This document shows positions 37,751-48,458 of a stretch of 60,070 bases of DNA, piece by piece. The stretch covers positions 4,725 through 64,794 of the forward strand of contig NW_018404575.1 of the NCBI RefSeq assembly GCF_002113885.1. Reading direction: 5' to 3'. The notes under the pieces are model-generated. The model saw nothing but the letters and a program-made list of their open reading frames with translations, did not search any database and was not told the origin of the DNA. A program made the position numbers and the translations under genes. The DNA is from Mizuhopecten yessoensis (taxonomy: Eukaryota). The stretch's first letter is position 1, and the number at the start of each line of letters is the position of its first letter.

Positions 37751-39730
37751 TTAGCACAGTTGAAAGACACGGATATAGTTGCTCTCGTTTGTAGTACTGT
37801 TATTAGTGACCACAAATGTGTTACCACGAACAGCTATTGCACATGGCTTGACCATTCCATCTGATGACGTCAGCAGTTCCCTGACGTGTGTCCCGTCCAT
37901 AGAGATCTGAACGACGTTGTGGGAATCAAACCCACACACGTAGATGTTACCCTCCATGTCCACGTCTATCCCCATAGCTCCTTTCACGACTCCAACATGT
38001 AACACATCCGTACGACGTGTGTCAAACGACAGTCTAGATACCGCGACGTTTCCCTGTGTGATGTTATTGACACTGACAAGTGTGTCTCTTCTTTTGATAT
38101 CATGAGTGAGGGACCGGCATGTGTTGCTATATTTGTATACCAACCCGGCTGCTCCGTCCTGTCTCAAACTGTATACTTCTCCTCCACCCGTACCAACGAC
38201 CAACTTCCCGTCTTTATGTGCTATACCATAACAGTTTTTATCATTTAACACCTTGATGGTAGAAGTCAGGGAGAGTTTTGAGGCCTTGACTTCTATGAGG
38301 TTAACACATCCAGGACTGCTGAGAGCAACCGCTACCGTGTTGTTGTTTACCAGACACATATCCCAGGGATTTCCCCGAACATTCAACTCGTCCAGGTACT
38401 GTCCTTTGTCTGTAAATAACTTCAACTTTTTGTTGTAGAAATCACTTACTATTATCTGTGCACTCGGCACATACACAACACCACGGGCATAGCTATTCTG
38501 TTTATCTGACAGGGACTTGGTGCTAAATTTTCCGATTTCTTTCACTCGTCGTTCTGACATGGATTTTACTAAATCGCTATGGCTCTCAGGGATGCATCGT
38601 GGTTGTTTTCCGACGACGATCTTTCCCATCGCTTTACCCCTAATGATATCATGTCTGGGAACAATTTGATGTTCGATGCTGACGGATGTGAATGATTTAC
38701 TCAACTCAGGGACCAGGGTCCTACACGACTCCACTTCTGCCTGTCCTCTCTGATACAACACTATCATCTCAATGTTGTCGTTTTCCTCTACGGATTTAAT
38801 GGACGATTTCAGGGTATTTTTCATTCCATTCATCAGACGTTCGCACTGCCGTGATGATGCCTCCATGTCTCTTTTCTCTTTTTTGAACAATGTAATCAAC
38901 TCGTCGGTGATGTCCTTCTGGAGTTTGTCAAGTTGTTTATCGACCTTTTCACGCAGGTCTGAGATGCTCTGAAGTGCGATTTCCTGGTTCTGTATCATGA
39001 TTTGGAGCTGTTCATCAAAGTCCTTCACTAATGAGCTCATACTCTCTGTTCCTTTCTTCAATGCCGCCTGCATGTCTTCTAGCTGCGATCCTGCTTTTAC
39101 CTTCTGACAATATGCCGTCACCTTTGGTACTTTTACACAACTCCTATGGTCTTCGATCACGCATTCGTTGCAGCACAGAATTTGGTGATCCTCACAATAC
39201 CGAACCATTTGTTCGCCGTGTTGATAACACCGAGGGGCAGACGTTTCTTTTTTTTGTCGTTTGCTGTGGTTTCCGGTGACATTAAGTATATCACAATCAT
39301 TATGTATGATATCGTGAAGGTGAACCTTACACGTGTCACAAAAGTTCTCGTTCATCGTCTTGCACCAAAAACTGGCTGGGTTGTTCAGGTTACCTTTTGT
39401 CTGGCAGGGTTTGCAGTACAATGGTTCAGACGAACGTTCCTTTAGCTGGAGAAGTTCGTTTATCACAGTATTAGTCGGAAAATGTTTTGCCCATTTATCC
39501 TTGGTTTCTGTCTGATTAACCGGATGGGTCATCCTTCTACAAACTGGACAAGAAAATGATGTTGCCGACGCCATCTGCCCGGACATCTCCTTGGTGATAC
39601 AAGTTCCTAGGCAATCCTGACAGAAGGAGTGGAGGCAGGGTAAGGACTTGGGTTGTTGAAGTCGCTCAAGGCAGATTGGACATTCCAGTAGCTGTAAGTC
39701 AAGTTCCGCAGGGAGACCGCCTTCAGCCAT
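37751..39730 (-). CDS. TRIM E3 ubiquitin ligase copy 5, 659 aa, intact, very similar to copy 4
   Basis: Same motifs; differs from copy 4 only at scattered residues. Confidence 0.93.
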   Translation of the reverse strand: MAEGGLPAELDLQLLECPICLERLQQPKSLPCLHSFCQDCLGTCITKEMSGQMASATSFSCPVCRRMTHPVNQTETKDKWAKHFPTNTVINELLQLKERSSEPLYCKPCQTKGNLNNPASFWCKTMNENFCDTCKVHLHDIIHNDCDILNVTGNHSKRQKKETSAPRCYQHGEQMVRYCEDHQILCCNECVIEDHRSCVKVPKVTAYCQKVKAGSQLEDMQAALKKGTESMSSLVKDFDEQLQIMIQNQEIALQSISDLREKVDKQLDKLQKDITDELITLFKKEKRDMEASSRQCERLMNGMKNTLKSSIKSVEENDNIEMIVLYQRGQAEVESCRTLVPELSKSFTSVSIEHQIVPRHDIIRGKAMGKIVVGKQPRCIPESHSDLVKSMSERRVKEIGKFSTKSLSDKQNSYARGVVYVPSAQIIVSDFYNKKLKLFTDKGQYLDELNVRGNPWDMCLVNNNTVAVALSSPGCVNLIEVKASKLSLTSTIKVLNDKNCYGIAHKDGKLVVGTGGGEVYSLRQDGAAGLVYKYSNTCRSLTHDIKRRDTLVSVNNITQGNVAVSRLSFDTRRTDVLHVGVVKGAMGIDVDMEGNIYVCGFDSHNVVQISMDGTHVRELLTSSDGMVKPCAIAVRGNTFVVTNNSTTNESNYIRVFQLC

Positions 39731-40140
39731 TTTGAGGATCAGAAAGCGTCAGCACAAATCTAAAATAGAAAATGACTGTGATTATAATTCAATACCAATA
39801 AGATAGGCAACTTTAGAGAAACAGAGGCCAATTCATAACACATGGAATAGTATATACATGATTTGTTAATCAATTCCGATGCAATTTAATCAGACTGAAA
39901 TATTGTCCTCATAGGTTTATTGAGGTTTAGTCATTTATATGTTGCCTAATGGCTAGTGTTTCTATAAAACAAATGGTACAACTTTAAGATTTTGACAAAT
40001 AATTTCAGTTTTATCTTTATGAAGCCTTATCACATAGTAGTGTTTCCCGTATGACCGATATACAGCACATTTTCCATTTTTTGTAGTGTATAATTCATTT
40101 AGCGGTATTGTTTATATTTCATATCGATCACCTATAATAA

Positions 40141-40443
40141 TTTAATTTTACCTATCTCCACCATAATATTTGTTTTGGTATATATCGTATATACCTAAAA
40201 AGAAAAACAACTGATGACGGAACTACTTTTTACACTTCAGAATGCAAAATTAAAACGCAGCTGTTTTTTTTTTAGCGCAATTGTATAGTTGACGTAAAAA
40301 ATAAATAAATCTTTAACTGTGCATTTACAACGTGTTTGTTTACTTTTTTAAACTAAATCCGGTTCGCGGATTTATGCAAAGTGCACATTTTTTTTTCGGT
40401 ATATACCGTATATACAAAAAAAAATTATTGGTCATTCCTTAAA
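40141..40443. mobile_element. ~300-bp MITE-like insertion in the copy 5 5'-UTR intron
   Basis: Imperfect inverted arms 40161-40206 (ccataatatttgttttggtatatatcgtatatacc) and 40388-40431. The segment is absent at the paralogous site of copy 3 (~29860-29880). Confidence 0.65.
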
Positions 40444-42429
40444 TAACATCGTGTTTGAGTATTTAGGTCTGTGTAAAAGCGTACCGTTTCATTTTCATTA
40501 AATAGTGATAACATCATTTAATCAAAGCCATACATTTGTTATCTTACACATAATTTTGTGTCTAATCACTTCAAATTTAAACAAACATTTTGAGAACTTT
40601 GTCCTGAAATGACCCTAGGTGTTGATAGGATATTGAACCCTGTACAACCAATCATTAACTTTTTGAGAACCGATACTATGTTAGTTAACTGTTTAAGTCA
40701 TTTTGACGTAACAGAGGGGGAGTGTGTGTGTGTGTGGGGGCGGGGGGGGGATAACTCTTCTATTTCCTAGTCGCCAACAACCTATGTATACATGGATGTA
40801 CATGAGAGTTTTCGTTTGATACTCGTATATACATACGTACTAAAATGTTACCATATTTACTAGCTTTTTGCTATCAATATAAACAGTTCATGTTACAAAT
40901 GTTTCCAACATGTTAAAGGTGTGTCTGCATTGCAGTACAGGTAAACGTGTATAATAAACAGATTATCATAGATTGTTTGTAAAATAAACATCACATGCTA
41001 AGGTACAATATCGCATTTGTCCATAACACTCACCCAGGGAACAACTATTTACACGGAAGACACAAAGTCCTCTCCCACCAGCAACCGGGTATTTGCTCAC
41101 ACCTCGATTCCGTCTCTCACCTAACGTGCGGTACATGTCTTATCCGTAATTGATCTATTTTTAAATCATGCCTATCAATACTAAAACAGGTTACAACCGG
41201 ATGTGTTGCTCTGGAACATTCTATAATCTTGAGCAAAATAAAAAAGGCCTAGAAGACGATAAATATATGTATTAAACATTCAAAAACCAGTTCCAACTTG
41301 ATTACAACGGCCCGGCAAGTCGAGACATGTTCAGACGTGTGTTGGACATTTTCGTCAGCCATATTGAAAACCTACCTACTAAACATGTACTCAATATACC
41401 ATTGACAGGCATAACATTAATGATACACAACATATATTATATAAAATAAAGGTTACCTTATTCAAGTAAAATGTCTGCGGTATTAATCCATGACATATGC
41501 AGTTTTAAACCCACTTAATTTACCTTAGAACATGTATATAATCGAATATAGTTCATGACAGTATATATACACATGTGTTAATGTGTTTACTGAAGCGATA
41601 ATAAGGTACCCGATGCACACACAAGTAAGGACATACCGGCCCCCTTCACCTTGAGAAGTTAAATAATTAAACGCTAGTGTTGTTCTGGAACCTTCTTTTC
41701 AAAAAAGTAGGGGTGGGTGGGTNTACTGATCATCATATCACCATGCCTTATGGCTTAATATCATCGTATACGTGTATTTCAACTGTATACAGACGTACGA
41801 TACGAATCAATACATACCGTGCTTACTCAACCGGGCTTTTGCTTGGAATCGCATCAGTGATATAACTATGCACTTTTGAGGAGAATATAGTGATACCCGA
41901 TTTTAAGTTTGATACATTTGTTGTTTAATGTTCTTGAAAATCTACCTGAAGTTAATAAGTACTCTTGTAATTAACTTAAATGGGGTGAATGTTGACATGC
42001 TAAAAATAACACACACGCCAATTCACAGCATGTGTCACATAGCTCGTAGCACCCATTACACTGTGTGTGTGCACGCGAATCCATAGAGGTGTGTGCATAC
42101 ATAAGGTAAAACAAGGAGCGTGACATCCGTGTCTTACCAACACATCTCATTGAAAAAACTGTGTCATTGTTAAACTGGATAACAGAATTGATGCAATGTA
42201 TCTGGTTTCCGTGACCTGACAACATTATTCAGCAGTTTCAAGCCCTTTAATCATGTGCCTCTTTTGTGGATAATATTTTCAATATATTTGTCTATCAATG
42301 GTACATATATAATAACAATTCAAGCATTTTGTTTACAGGACGAAGAATACACAGAGGAAATCTATGGAACTACAACTGTTCATAAAGAAGGGGAAATGGG
42401 CTTGTCCTATATAGTATTAGACCACCGGA

Positions 42430-42620
42430 ACACTCTGCAGAGACACGTCGCCAAACATGGAGTAAGACAATGGAAATACAACGTATGCTACAAAGAGTTC
42501 ACAAGAAAGGATAAAATAACCAGATACATCAAATCCCAAGGTAAACCAACACACACCTATTGTAGGAAATTGTTTGGACGGGCCGACAAGTATCAACAGC
42601 ACGTTAAGACCCATAACGTG
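42430..42620 (+). pseudogene. Degenerate C2H2 zinc fingers at the element's 5' end
   Basis: NTLQRHVAKH; NVCYKEFTRKDKITRYIKSQ; YCRKLFGRADKYQQHVKTH. Confidence 0.65.
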
Positions 42621-43109
42621 AGTTAGACGATTGGTGATAAAGCAAGCCACGAGAAGATCATTAGATGTTTCTAATGGCGGTCAAACAAAAGTAACAACTG
42701 AAGAAAGTGTACCAAAACTAAATGAAGAAAATAACACAAACTATGGATGTACAACCATTATTTTTTCAAATGCGACCAAGCAAAAAGCAAATACAATACC
42801 AATTGTTGCTTCCGTAGACGACTAAAACGGAGAAAACTACAACTGGGTCAACTTTGACAGGTAATTTTGAATCTGGAGAATGTGGTTCTTTCAAAGTCAT
42901 GATCATGTCCATGCAGGGAGTTGTAAAAGTTGATACCATGTTCCTTTTGAAACATAAATATGACGACATCAAAAATGAATTAGACAATCTCTCCTCCAAG
43001 GGGTTGTCAAATGTTATCACTCTATTCAGGTTCAGTTTTCGAAACCCAAAAGGGAGATCGTGGAGCGCGTCATACTGCACTATAGATAAAATGCCAGATT
43101 AGTCTCAAT

Positions 43110-45347
43110 CCCGAAAACCTGGACAACGGCATGAACGAGTCCATCAAAAAGATATATCCCTCTTTCCTATAATATCAGAGACAGGGAAGTAACTGGAATC
43201 TCGACAAGGTTCTCAAAACTCAAATACATATAGTCCGTTACCAACCCATGCAGGCCTCTAGTTACATCTCTTCCGATTGAGTTGAGAACTAAACAAGCCA
43301 TCGTCAGTGTCTAAACTAACGACAAGAAATGTGTCATGTTGTCGGTGTTGGCTGTATACATTCGGCCAAAAATCATCCCGAGCGCGTCAGTAAATAAAAA
43401 AATCAAGAGATCGAGCTCAATTTCACAGGAATCTCATTTCCTGTGTTCATGGCCGACATACCCAAGTTTTAGACAGAAAAAAAAACATATCCGTCTAAGA
43501 CATGGAGTATGAAAATTGTTTCCCATGCACGTCACTAAACAGCGGTTTGATAGGCACGTCGACTTGCTCATAATAGCCAACCGAAAAAGTCGCCTTACTA
43601 TTGGATGAAAAACGCGGATCGGTACATAGAGAGTCGAACTTCCTAAATAGAATGACATATGGTTATTCTACAAAGACTTCAGGAAACAAATAAATGCGCC
43701 ATACATCATCTATGCCGATTTCGAATCGTTTCAAGTACCAATATTCGGATGTTGTAAAGACCCGAATGTAAAATACACAAATAAACGACGCAGCACGTGC
43801 ATTCCTGTAGTATTTCACAATTTGACGATTCACACCTTATCATACAGTCCATAGAGAAAAAGTCCAAAACAAAGAGAATATTTGCGTACCAAACATTATG
43901 GAGAAATATATATATATCTCCTTCTCATTTGGGTGTATGGATATAGTCGATATCTTGCTCCAAACCTCTTTTGATAAACTGATGATTAATCTGGTTAAAG
44001 AAGAAAGTGTAAAGTCTAAGCATATGGCCCTACATTTCGGCAAAGACCATCTCGATTTGTTGTTGCAGAAACAAGTATACCCATGCGATTATTTTGACGG
44101 ACCTCATAGGTCTCATGAAACATACCTTCCACCACAACAATTGTTCCATAGTAGTTTGTCTGGAGAAAGCATCACACAAGAGGCATACGACCACGATCAG
44201 TCTGTCTGGAACAGTTTTCAGATAATGAATTTCGGCAAATATTCTTACTTCTGTGTTCTATCAGATACATTGGGCATAGCTGACGTCTTTGTCAATCCGT
44301 ACGGTCTCGATTCAGCTCACGTTTACAAGTCTCCGGGCATAGTATGATGATAACCAATCAACATGCCGAGGCCAGCAACAGGTATATCCCCGGGTACGAC
44401 CCTAGCAAGGATAATGAGTGCATCACATATTTAGACGCAAATAATCTGTATGGCTTGGTTATGTCAAAATCCCTACCGACTCACGACTTTTGTTGGCTAA
44501 ACGATATCGAAAGAAAAACAATTGACGTTGCGAAAGGTTCGGACGATTCGCCCGAGACGTTTTAGTCCCATATAGACTTCAACACGGAGAGTAGAAAGAT
44601 AACATAAAACTAGTTCGAAAAGGATTTCTACAAGTTGATGAACAACAGCGTCTTTGAAGAGACCATAGGGAACCTGAGAAAGCCAGTGGGCGTAAAACTA
44701 GTAAATAGTGTAAAGCGAGCTCAGAAACTCAAACTGCAAACCATGATTCCGCACCTTTAATATATTATCAGACGACATCATGGCCATGCACACTTGATTA
44801 TACTTGAATCGACCTATCTACGTAGTCTTTGTCATCCTAGACATCTTGAAAACCTTGATGTATGATTTCCACTACAACTACGTCAAGGGAAAGTATGGAG
44901 AAAAAGCAACTCTTCTGTTCACTGACACCGATATTTTGACAGAAGACGTCTACGAGGACATGCTACAGGACCACCACCTAATAATATGACAAAAACATCA
45001 TACATACAGTGTTGCTAAACAGAAAGTCTTGGGAAAGATGAAAGACGAAACATTTGGAAACGCGGTCCATGTCTTCATAAAATTAAAAATTAAAATGTAT
45101 GCCTACGTCTACGACATAACATCTACGAAAGAGATAGACGGGGAGGTACACGAAATCACAACACACGTCGAGACTAAAAGAGCCAAAAGCATCAAGATAA
45201 ATGTCAGTAAGAAACATGCTCGGTTCGAAGAATACAAGCAGTGTTCCTTTGACCGGAAAGTACACAAATCAAACATGACGCAGATCCAGATTTACAACCA
45301 CAATGTGGGCAACGTCAACATTTACAAAATTTGGCTGTCACCCTTCG
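43110..45347 (+). pseudogene. Protein-primed family B DNA polymerase relic, copy A
   Basis: GSNW..YQPMQASSYI; IYADFES (Exo I); PVVFHNL (Exo II); YLDANNLYG (motif A); KDFYKLMNNSVF (motif B); LLFTDTD (motif C); GKMKDE; KMYAY. Many stops and frameshifts. Confidence 0.88.
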
Positions 45348-45730
45348 GGATACCGTCGCAGTTAGATCAGGATTTGTTAACCCCTGCAATAGAAATCTTG
45401 TCATAATTGACGACATCAACATCGAATCAAAGTTATTTGTGGAGGGAAGCCATCATAGTAATTTCGTTTTCGCCATCACACAAAATCGGTATTATAACAA
45501 AGATCCTACACAGAGGAGGAATTGCCACTACCTGGTATTGTTCAATAACCCTATCGACAAACAGGACGTCATGACTCTGGGTAGGCAGATGTACCCAGAA
45601 AATGTCCAACATTTAATGAGACACTTCAAAGAAGCTACCAGTCAACTGAACGGATATCTCCTCGTCGATTTGAAGCAGTCGACACCATAATCAGCACGAA
45701 TGTGCAGTGAAGTATTCAAGAACCAGCCTA
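45348..45730 (+). pseudogene. C-terminal half of an A32-like (FtsK-HerA superfamily) packaging ATPase, copy A
   Basis: RNLVIIDD (Walker B), LFVEGSHHSN, ITQN, HYLVLFNNPID, RQMYP, EATSQLNGYLLVDL; Walker A absent. Confidence 0.8.
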
Positions 45731-46499
45731 TAAAAGGTGCGGATATGGGATTGGAAAGTTGTTTCACACACAGCACTCCGACAAGACATACGCATTCTAC
45801 GAATCTGTCAGTGATTGAATAACCAAGAACAAACATAGCCAGAAAACATTCTTTGTAACGTTTTCGACAGGAGGACGTAGTGAAAGAAATGCCTTCATGT
45901 GGCGACTGTGGTCTGATGTTTGACAATTGGCTCGATCCGCAGAAGCATTTAACACGATGATATCCGGATAATATTACCCGTAAAAGAAAACTAGACTAGG
46001 AAGAAGTCCCAAGTCCGGCAAGGAGACAGAGGTCGGATATTTTCGATGGCCCCGATATCTCAGACGCTGAGAAGGATTCAGAAGAGGGGGAATACTTCAA
46101 CGAGATACGCCAAAGAGCAAATGCCAACAACACGAAATGGTGTGAGAAGGTAGAAAGAATATGAGGAGAATGTACACTGAAAGAAAGACGCTGTAAGTAA
46201 GGCTGATAACAAAATGCAAGAAGAAGATATGATGGAGTGTCTCAATTTATATGGGAGAACAGTCAACACTATTTTACAGCTAAGAGATGGTGAAATAGAC
46301 ACAAAAAACATGCAGCATGTGGAGAGGTACATGCGAAGCGATTACAAAACCCTCCTTGTCATACGCATGTTTCTAAGGATATACAGACACCAGGTACAAG
46401 AACATTTGTATGATGATGATGATGGTGATGATGATAAACCCGCAGATGAGGACAATGAATATGAAGAGGAGGACAGTGCCTCCGGCGACGACGTGTGAT

Positions 46500-47300
46500 G
46501 TTTCTCCCGACCCGACAATCTGTATAGATTCGAATGAAAGGCCGGGAAATAGTCATCAGCAAATATAGGACAAGGAAATGGTTACAACACAGGAAGCATA
46601 CAGAACAGAACAGTCGTTATTAGGATTGATGACCAATGGTGTGCCGATCTTATGGATATGGTACCAATCTGGAATGACAATGAGGGATATTCCTGTGTTC
46701 TTGTGGTCATCTATGTGTTCTCCTAGATCTTGTGGACAATGGTTAAGAAAGCGGTGTCTCTTACCAGCGCCGTTCGTGACATGCATAAGGAGGGGAGACA
46801 ACCGAGAAGGATTTGTACCGACAAAGGGCAATACTGTTAGGCCAGAGGGGTTCAGGTGATCCTCCGACAGCATGGCATCAGACACCTGTTCGTAGAGACC
46901 GAGTTAAAAACAGCAGTCACTGAAAGGGTATTGAAAACAATCAATACTCGCATGTACAGGTATTTCACACACAGAAGAAACTATGAATGTTTGGAAGAAC
47001 TCAAATTGTTTGCCGATAGTAACAACAATAACTACCATAGCACTAACGGCATGGCTCCATCAAAGGTCTTTAAGGCAACGACACCTCTGTCTGGTGGAGA
47101 ATTTACGAATTTAAGATGTTTGTCTACATACGACGAAGGTTGTGAGAAATTCGTTTAGGTTCATGATTGACAGATTGACACATCTCCGTAACCCATTTAG
47201 CCGTGAATACGACGAGATGTGGACGGGTGAAATATCTGCCGTGGCAGAAAGGATATTGCGAAGTGGACTACCCGTATATAGGGTTAAAGACTATGACACA
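46500..47300 (+). pseudogene. Maverick-type rve (c-)integrase relic, copy A
   Basis: IDDQWCADLMDM..NEGYSCVLVVIYVFS; ICTDKG; KTAVTERVLKTINTRMYRYFT; YHSTNGMAPSKV; FSREYDEMWTGEI..PVYRVKD. Confidence 0.85.
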
Positions 47301-48458
47301 TGGTGCGCACAGCTGTGCGATTAAACAATCGTTCGTCCCGTTGTGCGCTTCTTTCCGAACACATGTGAGATTTGGTACAATTGGTTGAACAACATTACGG
47401 AAGGAAGAAAATTCGGAACTCTCGTATAGAATAAGAAACACTATATATATATGTATATATATATATAGTTCTCATCAAATTAATTAGGATTATGTTAAAT
47501 TGTACAATACATGTTACATGTACACAGCATAACAGTGACCGTTATACTGTCAATAATGGGTTTATCTCCCAGGTAACAGAACAGGCAAATAACATTTTGA
47601 TTATTGACAGGAGTTTTACCTAGCATGTGTCTAACAAAGACAGCTGATATGTGATACCGTATGACAGTTATGAAAACACAACTGGACGTTAAGTATTTGG
47701 TATTTGCATTCGGTTTGGTCTATAGCTCCTCTTTATCTGGTTTTCACACTTTCGCAAGTTACGTAAATGCCCCGGGTTGAGAAAACTAAAGTACAGGTAC
47801 AAAGTGGCTATATTTTCCTGGATACGTGACCATGTCGATATGTTTTATTTTAAATATGTCGATTTGTAATCTATTTGATGCCTCTTATAATGCAAAACGA
47901 GAAACTGCCATAAGATAACGTGACGCATACTATTCAACCCAAATGAAAGCATATGGCATTCACAGACCCGATAGGGAACGCATATGGCATTCACAGACCC
48001 GATACAGAGAATTGCTAGAACATGCATACCCCTTAATATACTGTATATAGATATGAACCTGGGCTTGATATGTGTCATCGTATTATCATCTCAGGGTTTT
48101 TAATTACACAAATGTATACAAAACAATATCTGAGTCTTGTTAACAAGGACAAGAACCTTGTTAAAACAAGTACATTGTAAATATTTTTGTTTTTATTTGA
48201 ATACAAATGTTTAACACACACCTGATATACTGACTACAAAAGTCGGTCGTTTTACTGTACGGTACATGCACGTTGTACTGTCTACTGAGGTCGGTAGTCT
48301 TTCTGTATAAACACATTGTACTGAAATTTGAAACGAAATTAACATGCTCGTGTATACAATACTTTGCTCAATTTCTTTATAACATATTCTGTCTGTACGG
48401 TGTTTTCACATTGTGCTGACAACACGTACCAAATTTCTACGGAATCAATATATTTAAA

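Larger units (their letters stand above)
42062..47300 (+). mobile_element. Degenerate Maverick/Polinton (adintovirus-like) element, copy A
   Basis: Ordered relics of C2H2 fingers, protein-primed PolB, packaging ATPase and rve integrase. The left junction is where homology to paralogous intergenic DNA (agcaccca.tacac|ccgctg at ~31260 and ~36525) stops. Confidence 0.88.

Noticed and set aside
5316-39730. Assigning TRIM56, TRIM71 or TRIM2/3 gene symbols
   Set aside because: The architecture is similar, but these look like a lineage-specific expansion; orthology needs a phylogeny.
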